Assembly: GCA_951813295.1 (NCBI GenBank)
Contig: CATOTI010000002.1
Span: 2,674,522-2,738,521, forward strand
DNA from: an uncultured Pseudomonadales bacterium
GTDB taxonomy: Bacteria; Pseudomonadota; Gammaproteobacteria; Pseudomonadales; Azotimanducaceae
Length of the DNA: 64,000 nt
Direction of reading: 5' to 3'
The position numbers were made by a program, and so were the translations under genes. A model generated the notes under the pieces. It did not search any database and was not told the DNA's origin. It saw only the letters and a list, made by a program, of their open reading frames with translations. Shown one piece after another: positions 1-9,338 of this stretch; the stretch's first letter is position 1, and every line of letters begins with the position of its first letter.

Positions 1-2
1 CG

Positions 3-263
3 ATGTTGGTCAGATCCGGTGGGGGCGGCGAGAGCGGGATCGAGCTCGGCGAGCTCCTGCGGGGTGCGTTGGCGCATCTGAGCGACGAGACCTTTCGACA
101 ACGCGTGGAATTCGCCGTCCGGCTATCGGCGTCGGCGATGTATTCGCGGGCGAGAGAAGGAAAGACGTTCCGTGGCCCCAAGGCGGACTTTTTCGTCACC
201 GGATTGATCGACGCGCTCGAGGGATTGCTGATGGCGCCGGAATCGAGCGGTGCGGACGGGTAG
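3..263 (+). CDS. 3' end of an upstream gene (partial; product unknown, possibly the C-terminal domain of a TetR-type regulator)
   Basis: The ORF is open to the window edge and stops at TAG 261-263. I saw no diagnostic motif. Confidence 0.3.
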   Translation: MLVRSGGGGESGIELGELLRGALAHLSDETFRQRVEFAVRLSASAMYSRAREGKTFRGPKADFFVTGLIDALEGLLMAPESSGADG

Positions 264-333
264 CAGGGACTTGATCTAAGGTGGGCCGTCCATCGTCCCG
301 CATCGGGACGGGCGGCGTTTCCACGAGGTCGGA
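261..333 (+). repeat. Copy A of a ~73-nt conserved intergenic element
   Basis: It shares three conserved blocks with 2805-2877: TAGCAGGGACTTGATCT (17/17), GTCCCGCATCGGGAC (15/15) and TTC(C/T)ACGAGGTCGGA (14/15). The spacers differ in sequence but have nearly equal length. Confidence 0.85.
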
Positions 334-336
334 TGA

Positions 337-786
337 GTGAGTGAAGTGAACACATTCGCGCGGTTGGGTGCTCTCTGGCGCGAAAGACCGTGGTGGCTGA
401 ACCTGATCTGGTTTTTTTGCCTGTACATGACGTTCATCTACATGCCGTTTGACATGTTCACCAAACCCTACGATCGCTGGGAGGAGATCTGGTTCGGCTT
501 TACGCTTAGCGGCTGGCCGGCGAAGCTCACCGAGCCGATTCATTGGGCGATCTACGCGGCGGGCAGCTACGGGATCTGGAAAATGAAGTCCTGGATGTGG
601 CCCTGGGCCGCGGTCTACAGCTTCCAGGTCGTGATCGCGATGGCGGTGTTCTCGATCTTGGCGGGCGGCGGATGGATCAGCGCCACGGTCGCCGGGCTTC
701 TCTTCATGCTTCCTACCGTCGCGTTGTTCCGCGCCCGGTCTCTTTTCGACGACACAAAGACGGCGAGCAGGCTTGAGCGGGATTAG
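337..786 (+). CDS. hypothetical integral membrane protein
   Basis: The 149-aa ORF has four hydrophobic segments: LNLIWFFCLYMTFIYMPF, IHWAIYAAGSYGIW, PWAAVYSFQVVIAMAVFSIL and ISATVAGLLFMLPTVALF. No family was recognised and the start is uncertain. Confidence 0.55.
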   Translation: MSEVNTFARLGALWRERPWWLNLIWFFCLYMTFIYMPFDMFTKPYDRWEEIWFGFTLSGWPAKLTEPIHWAIYAAGSYGIWKMKSWMWPWAAVYSFQVVIAMAVFSILAGGGWISATVAGLLFMLPTVALFRARSLFDDTKTASRLERD

Positions 787-818
787 ATCGGTCGACTGTC
801 GCGCTCTCGGGGGCCGAT

Positions 819-2657
819 CTACGACTTCGCGGCCGTTTTGACCTCATCCACCCAATGTTTGATCCGTCCTTCGAGGATCGTCAGCGGTAGTGCGCCGCCG
901 GTGAGCACCGTGTCGTGGAACGCCCGGATATCGAACGAGTCCCCCAGTGCGTCTTCGGCGTAAGCCCGCAGTTCCTGAATCTTCAGCATGCCGATCTTGT
1001 AGGCCGTGGCTTGCCCGGGCCAGACGAAGTAGCGCTGCACTTCGGCCCTGATCGCGCCCTCGGCGATGGGCGAGTTGTCGCGGAAGTAGCTCACGGCCTG
1101 CTCTTCGCTCCATCCTTTCGCGTGAATGCCGGTATCGACCACCAGACGCACCGCGCGCCAGATTTCAGTCGCCAACCGGCCGAAGTCGGAATAGGGATTC
1201 TCATACGCGCCCATTTCCTTGGCGAGGAACTCGGCATAAAGCCCCCATCCCTCGACGTACGCCGTATAGAAGGTCTGGCGACGAAACAGCGGCACCGAGT
1301 CCGATTCCTGGGCAATCGAAATCTGCATGTGATGGCCGGGATTGCCCTCGTGGTAGGCGATGGCCTCCATCGTCGACTTCGGCATGGAGCTCATGTCGGA
1401 GAGGTGAGCGTAGTAGGTGCCCGGACGCGACCCGTCCGGGGTGCCCGGTGAGTAATGTTGCGGGGCGCCGTCCTGTTCACGGAACGCTTCGACGCGTCGG
1501 ACGACGAGACCGGCCTTCGGCAGCACGCCGAAGTAGTCGGCGAGGCGTTCGTTGATGAAACTCAAGTAACGATCGGAGTCGTCGATATAGCCTTGCCGGC
1601 CCTCGTCGGAGTCGGGATAGAAGAACTGGGGGTCGGTGCGGACGAAGCTGAAAAACTCCTGCAAAGTCCCTTCGAATTCGACGGCGAGCATGATTTCCCG
1701 CATCTCGTCCTGGATACGCACGACCTCCGCGAGGCCGATGTCGTGTACTTCCTCGGCGCTCAACGAGGTGGTCGTCATCGTGGCGAGTCGATGGTTGTAG
1801 TAGTCCTCGCCGTTCGGCAGCACGCCCGCGCCGCGCGGCTCGGGATCGGCCACCTCGACATCCGCGGCGATCCAAGCGCCGAGTGCTTCGTACGCCGGTA
1901 AGAATTCTTCGGTCAGGGCCTTATCAGCGGCACCGCGGAGCGCATCGGCGCGCTCCGGCGTGATCAAGTCCTTATCGACGAGTGACTGGATCTTGTCGTT
2001 GGCATCGCGCCACAGCGGGGCATCGCCGCCGTCCTCGGTGAAGGGTGCGCCGCGCGTGAGCTTTTGCACCTGGTTCGCGACTTCCTCGTAGGCAAAGCGT
2101 GGCGGTCGCACGCCCGAAGCGGCGCGCTCGATCGCGATCTCGAGAAGCTGTCGAATCGCCGTGCCGACCCCGCCGATTCGCTCGACATACGCGACCATGT
2201 CAGCCTCTGACTCGACCTTGTGAAGCAACGTCATGAACTGCGGTAATCCGCTTTGTGGGCCCTGCATCTGGGTAAAGACGTAGTTGTTGCCGCGGTGCCT
2301 TTGGATTTCCGCTTCTCGCTCGTAGAGGTAGACCCATAGGTCGTACGACGTCTTGGTTTCGAGATCGAGAAGCTCGTAGTCGAAACTCGACTTCAACTCA
2401 TCGACCGTTGCTTTGGCCCAGGCGAGCTGCCGATCGGCGTATGCCTCGGTCTGGTCGTCGATCTCGCCGTAGCGGTCTCTTCGGCCGAGCCGCGTCATCC
2501 ACATCGGGTTCATCCGCAGACGCTCTTCGAACTTCTCGTCGAACCAGGCGTTGAGACGCGTGGATTCGTCGTCGGCGACGACCGCGGGGGGCATTTCGAG
2601 CGGTTGCTCGCAAGCTGCGAGGAGTACGACGCTGGTTAGCCAGAGAACGCGTTTCAT
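819..2657 (-). CDS. DUF885-family lipoprotein
   Basis: The 612-aa ORF has an N-terminal lipobox (VVLLAAC). The HEGNPGHH motif and overall layout are typical of DUF885 proteins. Confidence 0.85.
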   Translation of the reverse strand: MKRVLWLTSVVLLAACEQPLEMPPAVVADDESTRLNAWFDEKFEERLRMNPMWMTRLGRRDRYGEIDDQTEAYADRQLAWAKATVDELKSSFDYELLDLETKTSYDLWVYLYEREAEIQRHRGNNYVFTQMQGPQSGLPQFMTLLHKVESEADMVAYVERIGGVGTAIRQLLEIAIERAASGVRPPRFAYEEVANQVQKLTRGAPFTEDGGDAPLWRDANDKIQSLVDKDLITPERADALRGAADKALTEEFLPAYEALGAWIAADVEVADPEPRGAGVLPNGEDYYNHRLATMTTTSLSAEEVHDIGLAEVVRIQDEMREIMLAVEFEGTLQEFFSFVRTDPQFFYPDSDEGRQGYIDDSDRYLSFINERLADYFGVLPKAGLVVRRVEAFREQDGAPQHYSPGTPDGSRPGTYYAHLSDMSSMPKSTMEAIAYHEGNPGHHMQISIAQESDSVPLFRRQTFYTAYVEGWGLYAEFLAKEMGAYENPYSDFGRLATEIWRAVRLVVDTGIHAKGWSEEQAVSYFRDNSPIAEGAIRAEVQRYFVWPGQATAYKIGMLKIQELRAYAEDALGDSFDIRAFHDTVLTGGALPLTILEGRIKHWVDEVKTAAKS

Positions 2658-2804
2658 TTCATCCCTCCTTGTGATCGATCAGTTAAAGGTGGACGCCGCC
2701 CGGACTTTTCGGCCACTTCAACGGGGTGTGCGCGCTCCGAGCGTGACATCCGCAACGATGCGATCCATCAAAGCACGAAGCGCTACGGAGGTCGCGAGGC
2801 TTAG

Positions 2805-2877
2805 TAGCAGGGACTTGATCTCATGTTGATCGTCTGTGTCCCGCATCGGGACATGAAGCCTTTTCTACGAGGTCGGA
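2805..2877 (+). repeat. Copy B of the ~73-nt conserved intergenic element
   Basis: It has the same three conserved blocks as 261-333, in the same orientation. An 8-bp perfect hairpin GTCGGAGC/GCTCCGAC overlaps its 3' end and extends downstream. Confidence 0.85.
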
Positions 2878-3100
2878 GCGTTCAGCTCCGACACTTGAGT
2901 GCGCGCCAGAACTGCCTACGACACACCAAACACCCACTGGCGCCGATAGAAGGCACCTTCGCGAAAATGACCGGTTGTAATACCGATCCTCTCCAGCGGA
3001 TGGTTCTGTCACTGTGGTTTGCGCGCAAAGCCAAGTTTACGAGCCTGATGTGCAGCAACCGTCCCACACATAACTAGCATTTACCGAGTAACCCACTCGC

Positions 3101-4585
3101 TTACGGCGGCGCCATGCAGCGATAGCTTGCCGCATCGTTGACGTCGCCGCCGGTATAGCGGGCCGTCGAGGGAAACACACAATGGCGCCGGGTGAACGCG
3201 CCATCAGGGCGGCCCCCAATCAGTTCTTCCGGTGCCTTGCCCTCATCCACCCACGCCACCAACGGGCTCACATAGTCGAAGACGTGAGCGCCCGGACCGC
3301 CACCGCAGTGACCCATGCCGGGCACCATGAACAGACGGACAAACTCCCGCGTAGGGGCCGCCCCACCGTTCGCTGCCTCGATTTCCTTGAGGTAGTTGAT
3401 GATGCCCGCCGGTCGCACTGGATAGTCGTTCCAGCCCTGAACCAGCAGCAGCTTGCCGCCGCGCTCGCGGAACCGGGCCAGGTCCGCGCTGTTCACATCG
3501 AGAATCGCGGATGCGCGCGCGAGGTCGCCTCGATTGGCGCGGATGTCGAACGTGGCAGGGTCGTAGTCCTGGTTCTGATAGACCCAGGTGCGCAAGCGAT
3601 TTTCGACACTCATCTGGGAGATGCTTTTATCAAGGGGTTCGCCGGTATCCGGGTTGATAAAACCGGTCAGTGCCCACATCGACCAGCCGCTTCCGGCTTC
3701 GGCACCGGGCATCAGGCCCGGCGTGATGACATTGCCGCGCACGTCGACGACGCCACGATAATGTTGCCGGACATTATCGAGTTGCGCCTGGGTGAGGCAG
3801 GTACTCAGGTTCTGCCCCTCTTTACACAGCAGGGTGCCAGGATCGTAGTGTTCCTGGGTACACAGCCGCGGATCGTTGATGATGCCGTCCTCAACGCCAT
3901 CCAATAAATCGCAGGATGCGCGCGAGGTATCGTCCAGCAACTGAATGTGATCAGCAGTCAGCGGTCCCGCGTGCTGGGCACGAGATGCCATGGCGTTCCA
4001 CGCCAGATTATGCTTGACCGGTGCGAACGCCGGCGCCGCCGCCACGATGCCGTCGAAGTCCTCAGGAAAGCGGGTGGCTTCAATCAGACCCTGTCTACCG
4101 CCGTTGGAGCAACCGCCGTAAAACGAGGATTCAATCTTCTTGCCGTAAAAGCGTTCAATCACTTTCTTTGACGAGCGCGCAGCCAGATGTACGCCGCGAA
4201 ACGCGTAGTCCAGACGGGCTTCCGGATGTTGGCCGAAGGCGAGATCAACGCCCTGATGGCCGGTATCGGTGGATGAGACCGCAAACCCCTGGGCCAGCCC
4301 AGCCCTGGTGTCGGCCACGTAGCCCGAGGAACCACCGGTACCCAACATCAAGAAGCGCCCATTCCAGCCAACCATGGGCAAGCGCACTTCGAAGTTGATG
4401 GCGCGATTGATCACGCCTCTCACAACACAGTGTTGCGGCAGGCTGTCGCTGGCGTCGATCTCGATGCCGGGCTCAACTGCATGCTCGTAATCAGTCAACT
4501 GGTACAAGTTGAAACAGGCTTGCATCTGTGCCTGCGCAGGGGCGTAACTCAGTGCGAACATGATGGCGGCGAAAATACGCGGCAC
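3101..4585 (-). CDS. tannase/feruloyl esterase family alpha/beta hydrolase (secreted)
   Basis: The GGCSNGGRQG serine context and Cys-rich pattern fit the tannase/feruloyl esterase family. GTG 4585 is preceded by a GAGGAG Shine-Dalgarno sequence and followed by the signal peptide IFAAIMFALSYAPAQAQ. The 612-aa track ORF runs upstream into an integrase remnant. Confidence 0.85.
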   Translation of the reverse strand: MPRIFAAIMFALSYAPAQAQMQACFNLYQLTDYEHAVEPGIEIDASDSLPQHCVVRGVINRAINFEVRLPMVGWNGRFLMLGTGGSSGYVADTRAGLAQGFAVSSTDTGHQGVDLAFGQHPEARLDYAFRGVHLAARSSKKVIERFYGKKIESSFYGGCSNGGRQGLIEATRFPEDFDGIVAAAPAFAPVKHNLAWNAMASRAQHAGPLTADHIQLLDDTSRASCDLLDGVEDGIINDPRLCTQEHYDPGTLLCKEGQNLSTCLTQAQLDNVRQHYRGVVDVRGNVITPGLMPGAEAGSGWSMWALTGFINPDTGEPLDKSISQMSVENRLRTWVYQNQDYDPATFDIRANRGDLARASAILDVNSADLARFRERGGKLLLVQGWNDYPVRPAGIINYLKEIEAANGGAAPTREFVRLFMVPGMGHCGGGPGAHVFDYVSPLVAWVDEGKAPEELIGGRPDGAFTRRHCVFPSTARYTGGDVNDAASYRCMAPP

Positions 4586-4759
4586 GTATTTCTCCTCTTC
4601 GTGGCGTTTGATGAGTGAGCGCTGGCTGTTTAGGGCTCTGGTTTCACCATGCTGGCGTGCAGCACTGGTCAAAACTCTCGGCGATTTCCTCAGCGGCGCG
4701 GTCATCGACTTGCAGCAGGCGATCAACGAGACGATGAATGCCAGCATGAAAAGTGCGCT

Positions 4760-5109
4760 ATCCAAGCGTTGATCACGGTACCCGGCAACGATGTCGGGCG
4801 TGAGCGCAGCGAGACTGTAGTTGCCCAGCGCCGCCGCTTTCAGATTTACGTCGATCGGCTGCTCTCGGCGTTGCGTCGAGGGACGCTTGGTCGGAACGAC
4901 CTCGGTCAGGTAACGATCCAGCGCACGCTTCAGCAGCATACGCTCGGATGATGCGGCTCGATGTAGACGCCCCGCACCATCTCGTCCGCGGTGCGGCGCG
5001 CCCAGTCCTGCGCGTCACGCTTGGTACGAAACGTCTTGATGACCGTCGGCCAGCCACGCTTGCGGATGGTGGCTTTCCAGGTCTCTGCAGGGGTCTTCGA
5101 GATGGTTGG
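4760..5109 (-). pseudogene. tyrosine integrase N-terminal remnant (frameshifted, catalytic domain missing)
   Basis: Two different frames carry integrase N-terminal segments: WKATIRKRGWPTVIKTFRTKRDAQDWARRTADEMVRGVYIEP, then LKRALDRYLTEVVPTKRPSTQRREQ...LTPDIVAGYRDQRL. The remnant begins about 80 nt beyond the 3' end of tRNA-Phe on the same strand. Confidence 0.7.
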
Positions 5110-5189
5110 CAAGGAGGCTCGGAACACGACAGGTGTACCGTTTGACACGCGGAGTGAAATTGAGAATTCCGCAAGTCTTTGTTTTGATT

Positions 5190-5265
<76 letters not shown>

Positions 5266-5365
5266 GCTACGGGAAGCGGCGTATTTAACCGGGGCGCCCG
5301 TTGCGGCGTCAACAAAACTGCCGGGGCGCGTTGTTAGGATCCGTTGCCGATCAATGGGGATCTCG

Positions 5366-5950
5366 ATGCGGCTTGATTGCATTCGCCATGCGCAGACGAC
5401 GTTCAACCTCGCACGACGGTGGACCGGGTGGACTGAGGATACGTTGACCCGGGCCCAGGTGGACGCGTTGCGTGACGTTTGGTTCGACCCGTCGCCCTAT
5501 GACGCCGTCTATTGTTCGGCGTTGAAGCGGGCGCAGGACACGGCGCGTTGTCTCGGCATTTCGTCGTGGCGCGAGGACGCGCGTATCAACGAGCGCGACT
5601 TTGGCGACTACACGGGTTTGACGAGTGCGGAGTGCGCCACGCTCGATCCGGCGTCGTTCGTGTCCTTTACCGAATGGGATCGTGATTTTGTGCCGCCGGG
5701 TGGTGAGAGCCGGGGAATGCAGCTTGCCAAAGTGGTCGAGTGGCTGTCCGAGGTCGAGGAATACGAGTCGGTGCTCGCCGTGACGCACGGGGGCGTGATC
5801 GATTTCCTCTATCGTATGGCGACCGATCTGCCGATGCATGGTGGTCGGATTCTTGCCGGCCCGAATGTCGCGCTGACGACCTTCGAGCTGGATTGGCCGA
5901 AGATCTCCATCGTGCGCGAGTTCGTGCCGCTAGTCGAGGAGGGGAAATGA
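5366..5950 (+). CDS. histidine phosphatase family protein (phosphoglycerate mutase-like)
   Basis: The N-terminus MRLDCIRHAQT carries the RHG-type motif and there is a downstream VTHGGVI motif. An alternative ATG lies at 5354. The stop overlaps the next gene as ATGA. Confidence 0.8.
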   Translation: MRLDCIRHAQTTFNLARRWTGWTEDTLTRAQVDALRDVWFDPSPYDAVYCSALKRAQDTARCLGISSWREDARINERDFGDYTGLTSAECATLDPASFVSFTEWDRDFVPPGGESRGMQLAKVVEWLSEVEEYESVLAVTHGGVIDFLYRMATDLPMHGGRILAGPNVALTTFELDWPKISIVREFVPLVEEGK

Positions 5951-7269
5951 AAACATCGGGTCTTTACCCGGGGCGGGTCTGGATCGGCGTGATCACGGCG
6001 ACCTTGGTCGGGTTTAGCGCCGGTGCCGACCCGATCGCGTTTACGAATGCCAAGGTCTATCCGGTGGACGGGGCGCCGATCGAGCGCGGCACCCTGCTCG
6101 TCGAAGCGGGCAAGGTGGTCGATGTCGGTGCATCGGTGGAGGTTCCAGCGGGTGCAACTGTTCACGATCTCGCGGGTGCGGTGATCGTGCCGGGATTCGT
6201 CGACACGCACTCGCATATCGGCGGTCCGGCCGGCGGGGATCGAAGTTCGTCGACGAGCCCCGACACGCGATCGCTCGATGCGGTCGATGTGCATGCCGAT
6301 TCGTTCTGGCGGGCGCGCGCCGGCGGCATTACGACCGTGAATGTGATGCCGGGGTCGGGTCACTTGATGAGCGGGCAGACGACCTTCCTGAAGCTGCGGG
6401 CGGACCCGCGCCGGATCGAAGATTGGTTGTTCTGTGACGATCCGATCAATGAGATCTGCGGCAGCATGAAGATGGCGAACGGTACCAACTCCATCGGTGC
6501 CAAGCCGCGGCCGGGCACGCGGGCGAAGTCGGCAAGTGTCGTGCGCGCGCTTTTCGTCGCGGCCGGGGAGTATGCGCAGAAGCACGCTCGAGCGACCGAG
6601 ACGACCGACGACGACAAACCGCCGCCCGCGCGCAACCTTGCCCTCGAAGGCGTGGTACAGGTGCTCGCTGGTGAACGATCGGTGCAGTTTCACAGCCACC
6701 GGCACAACGACATCCTGACGGCACTTCGTATCGCCGACGAATTCGGCTTCGAGCCGGTGATTCAGCATGGTTCCGATGCCTGGAAGATCGCGGAAGAACT
6801 CGCGGCCGCGGGCGTGCACGTCTCGCTGACGCTGGTCGATTCACCCGGCGGCAAGGAAGAAGTGCTCGACGCGTCGCTCCGCTCGGCGGCGGTACTCGAG
6901 GCGGCCGGGGTGGATGTCAGCCTCAACACGGACGATCCCGTGCTCGATTCGCGACGGTTGTTGCGCTACGCGGCGATGAGTGTTCGCTACGGGATGAGCG
7001 AAGCCGGCGCGCTGGAGGCGCTAACGCTGGCACCTGCACGGGCGCTGCGGCTCGACGACCGGCTCGGATCGCTGACGCCGGGAAAGGATGCAGACTTCGT
7101 GATCCTCTCGGGTGAGCCGTTCAGCGTCTACACACACGTCGCTGAGACGTGGGTCGAGGGTCTACGCATCTACGATCGTGACGATCCAGAACACTTCCAA
7201 TACGCCGTCGGCGGATTCGACGTCTATCGATTGACCGGTCAGCACGACCATCTGGGAGCGCTGCGATGA
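5947..7269 (+). CDS. amidohydrolase family protein (metal ligands intact), exported
   Basis: It has a signal peptide and the motifs PGFVDTHSH (HxH), FHSHRHNDI, IQHGSDA and NTDDP. It is ATGA-coupled to both neighbouring genes. Confidence 0.85.
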   Translation: MKTSGLYPGRVWIGVITATLVGFSAGADPIAFTNAKVYPVDGAPIERGTLLVEAGKVVDVGASVEVPAGATVHDLAGAVIVPGFVDTHSHIGGPAGGDRSSSTSPDTRSLDAVDVHADSFWRARAGGITTVNVMPGSGHLMSGQTTFLKLRADPRRIEDWLFCDDPINEICGSMKMANGTNSIGAKPRPGTRAKSASVVRALFVAAGEYAQKHARATETTDDDKPPPARNLALEGVVQVLAGERSVQFHSHRHNDILTALRIADEFGFEPVIQHGSDAWKIAEELAAAGVHVSLTLVDSPGGKEEVLDASLRSAAVLEAAGVDVSLNTDDPVLDSRRLLRYAAMSVRYGMSEAGALEALTLAPARALRLDDRLGSLTPGKDADFVILSGEPFSVYTHVAETWVEGLRIYDRDDPEHFQYAVGGFDVYRLTGQHDHLGALR

Positions 7270-8495
7270 TGTCGCTCAGACAAACTCTCGTGGCCACCAG
7301 CGTCGCGGTTTTGGCGTCGTTAACGGCCTACTCGGCGGGCGATCTCGCGGTGCGCGGCGAACTCGTTTACCCGGTGACGGGCGAGCCCATCGAAGACGGT
7401 GTCGTTATCGTCAGAGACGGCAAGATCAGACGCGTCGGTCCCGCGAGCCGGGTCCGTATCCCGAACGGCTTCACCGTGATCGAAGCCGTGGTCGTGACGC
7501 CGGGTCTCGTCGATGCGCGTTCGACCCTCGGTCTCTCGGGCGTCTACGGCGGGAACGCGGGTCAGGTCCGCGATCAGGATCAGCTCGAACTCTCAGCACC
7601 CCTTCAACCGGAGCTGCGCGCGGAAGACGCGTACAACCCTGCGGATCCGCTGATCGACTACGTGCGTGGCTACGGGGTGACGACGATGCACACCGGGCAC
7701 GGACCGGGCGCCGTCGTGAGCGGCCAGACGATGATCGTGAAGACCGTTGGCGATACGGTCGACGAGGCATTGGTTCGGGCACCCGTTGCGCTCGCCGTCA
7801 GCCTGGGACGCTTGCCGGCGTTCGAGTCCCCCGGCACGTCTGCCAAGTCGGCTTCGCTGTTGCGCGCAGCACTCATCAAGGCGCGTGAGTACGACTCGAA
7901 GCGCTCAACGGATGCCTCGACCGCGCGTGACCTCGCCTCCGATGCGTTGGTCGACGTTCTCCGCGGCGAGACGTTTGCGTTGGTCAACGCCAATCGAAGT
8001 GCTGACATCACGACGGCTTTTCGCATCGCCGACGAATTCGATATCCGCGTCGTGATCGACGGTGGCGCCGAGGCGTACCGACTGGCGGATGAGCTGATCG
8101 AGCGTGATATCGCTGTTTTTCTGCATCCGCCGTCGGCGCGTGGTCTGCGTGGTGCGGGTGACTCGCAGCACGGTGCGCTCGATTCCGCGGCTCGACTTGC
8201 GCAAGCCGGTGTTCGATTCGCGATCGAAACGGGGTTCGAGCCCTATGTACCGAAGACGCATGTACTGCTCTTCGAGGCGGCGTTAGCCGCGGGCTATGGA
8301 CTTTCGTTCGACGAAACCCTCGCGGCGGTGACGATCGAGCCGGCACGGCTTCTCGGTATCGACGACCGGGTCGGCTCGCTCGAGCGTGGTAAGGACGGTG
8401 ATCTCGTGCTTTTCAGCGGCGATCCCTTCGAATACACGAGTCAGGTCTGTGCGGTCGTGATCGAGGGCGTCGTTGTCGAGGAAACCTGCCGCTAG
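7266..8495 (+). CDS. amidohydrolase-fold paralog lacking the canonical metal ligands, exported
   Basis: It is paralogous to 5947-7269 and shares RIADEF and GSL.(P/R)GKD.D. The aligned ligand positions read VDARST, VNANRSADI, IDGGAEA and IETGFEP. Confidence 0.8.
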   Translation: MMSLRQTLVATSVAVLASLTAYSAGDLAVRGELVYPVTGEPIEDGVVIVRDGKIRRVGPASRVRIPNGFTVIEAVVVTPGLVDARSTLGLSGVYGGNAGQVRDQDQLELSAPLQPELRAEDAYNPADPLIDYVRGYGVTTMHTGHGPGAVVSGQTMIVKTVGDTVDEALVRAPVALAVSLGRLPAFESPGTSAKSASLLRAALIKAREYDSKRSTDASTARDLASDALVDVLRGETFALVNANRSADITTAFRIADEFDIRVVIDGGAEAYRLADELIERDIAVFLHPPSARGLRGAGDSQHGALDSAARLAQAGVRFAIETGFEPYVPKTHVLLFEAALAAGYGLSFDETLAAVTIEPARLLGIDDRVGSLERGKDGDLVLFSGDPFEYTSQVCAVVIEGVVVEETCR

Positions 8496-8505
8496 CGCGA
8501 CTGGC

Positions 8506-9090
8506 TCATTTGTTGCGTCGCGCGATGATCCGGGCGAGGGCCGCGGTCTTGCCGTCCGGGTCCTCAACCAGCCCTTCGGTCGAGTCGAGAATGTCGAGCC
8601 CGGAAACGCTCTGTGCCAGTTCGCCGGGTTTGACACGAAAACGGTGGCTCTTCGGGCCTGCGAGTTCGATTTCCGTTTCGAGTGCGAGGTGCAGCTCGAT
8701 CAGGATCACGCCGCCGGGCTTGAGCCAGGAGGCCGCCTGGCCGACGAGGTCGAGATCGACGTAGCGGATGATGGTGATCAGATCGTAAGGCGGTGAGATT
8801 GTCGTCAGGTGCTCGGTGAGGTCCGCTTCGATCCAGTGCACGTCCAGGCTACGCGCGGCGGCGGTCGCGGCAGCCCGCGCGAGTGCGATGTCGGAGACGT
8901 CCACGGCGTCGACTTCGAAGCCGGCTGCGGCGAGAAAGAGTGCGTTGCGACCGGCGCCGCAGGCGAGATCCAACGCGCGCCCGAGCTTGAGCGTCGCGAT
9001 GTTTGCTTCGAGGTACGTGCTCGGATGGGTGATCGTTTCGTAGGTACCGTTTGCGTAGCGCGCATTCCAGCGGTCACGGTCCTCGCTCAC
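8506..9090 (-). CDS. class I SAM-dependent methyltransferase (TehB-like)
   Basis: The ALDLACGAGRNALFLA glycine-rich SAM motif is present. The GTG start at 9090 is preceded by GGAGGA. The 399-aa track ORF is an upstream read-through artefact. Confidence 0.8.
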   Translation of the reverse strand: MSEDRDRWNARYANGTYETITHPSTYLEANIATLKLGRALDLACGAGRNALFLAAAGFEVDAVDVSDIALARAAATAAARSLDVHWIEADLTEHLTTISPPYDLITIIRYVDLDLVGQAASWLKPGGVILIELHLALETEIELAGPKSHRFRVKPGELAQSVSGLDILDSTEGLVEDPDGKTAALARIIARRNK

Positions 9091-9335
9091 GAAGTTCGAT
9101 CCTCCGCTTCCGAGTGTTCGGTTTGTTCGGCTGTGGCTTCTTCGGCGGCGGCTTCCTCGGCCGTGGCTGCCTCGGCGGCGGCTTGTTCGGCTTCCCGCCG
9201 ACGCTCCCCTTCGTGTATCTCCCGCGGGAACTGGGTCACGAACTTCCAGGCGAAGCGCAAGCCGAGAAGACCGACGACGAGGCCGAAGATCGTGGCGGCG
9301 AGTGCGCCGGGCGATACCGGCATTTCGAATTCCAT
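9087..9335 (-). CDS. small single-pass membrane protein with acidic Ala/Glu-rich tail
   Basis: ATG 9335 is preceded by a GGGGAG Shine-Dalgarno sequence. It has one TM helix (ALAATIFGLVVGLLGL). Its stop overlaps the methyltransferase start by 4 nt. No family was recognised. Confidence 0.45.
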   Translation of the reverse strand: MEFEMPVSPGALAATIFGLVVGLLGLRFAWKFVTQFPREIHEGERRREAEQAAAEAATAEEAAAEEATAEQTEHSEAEDRTS

Positions 9336-9338
9336 CAA

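Larger units (their letters stand above)
2658..5189. mobile_element. probable decayed genomic island at tRNA-Phe (integrase remnant + tannase gene + less GC-rich spacer)
   Basis: An integrase remnant sits next to the tRNA 3' end. The spacer at about 2880-3100 is visibly less GC-rich. The left boundary is not defined because I found no direct repeat of the tRNA 3' end. Confidence 0.35.

Noticed and set aside
3101-4939. A single 612-aa protein would fuse integrase-like and esterase sequences.
   Set aside because: The N-terminal 60 residues are an integrase fragment that continues from another frame upstream. The esterase has its own Shine-Dalgarno sequence, GTG start and signal peptide at 4585. 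The fusion is an accidental read-through.
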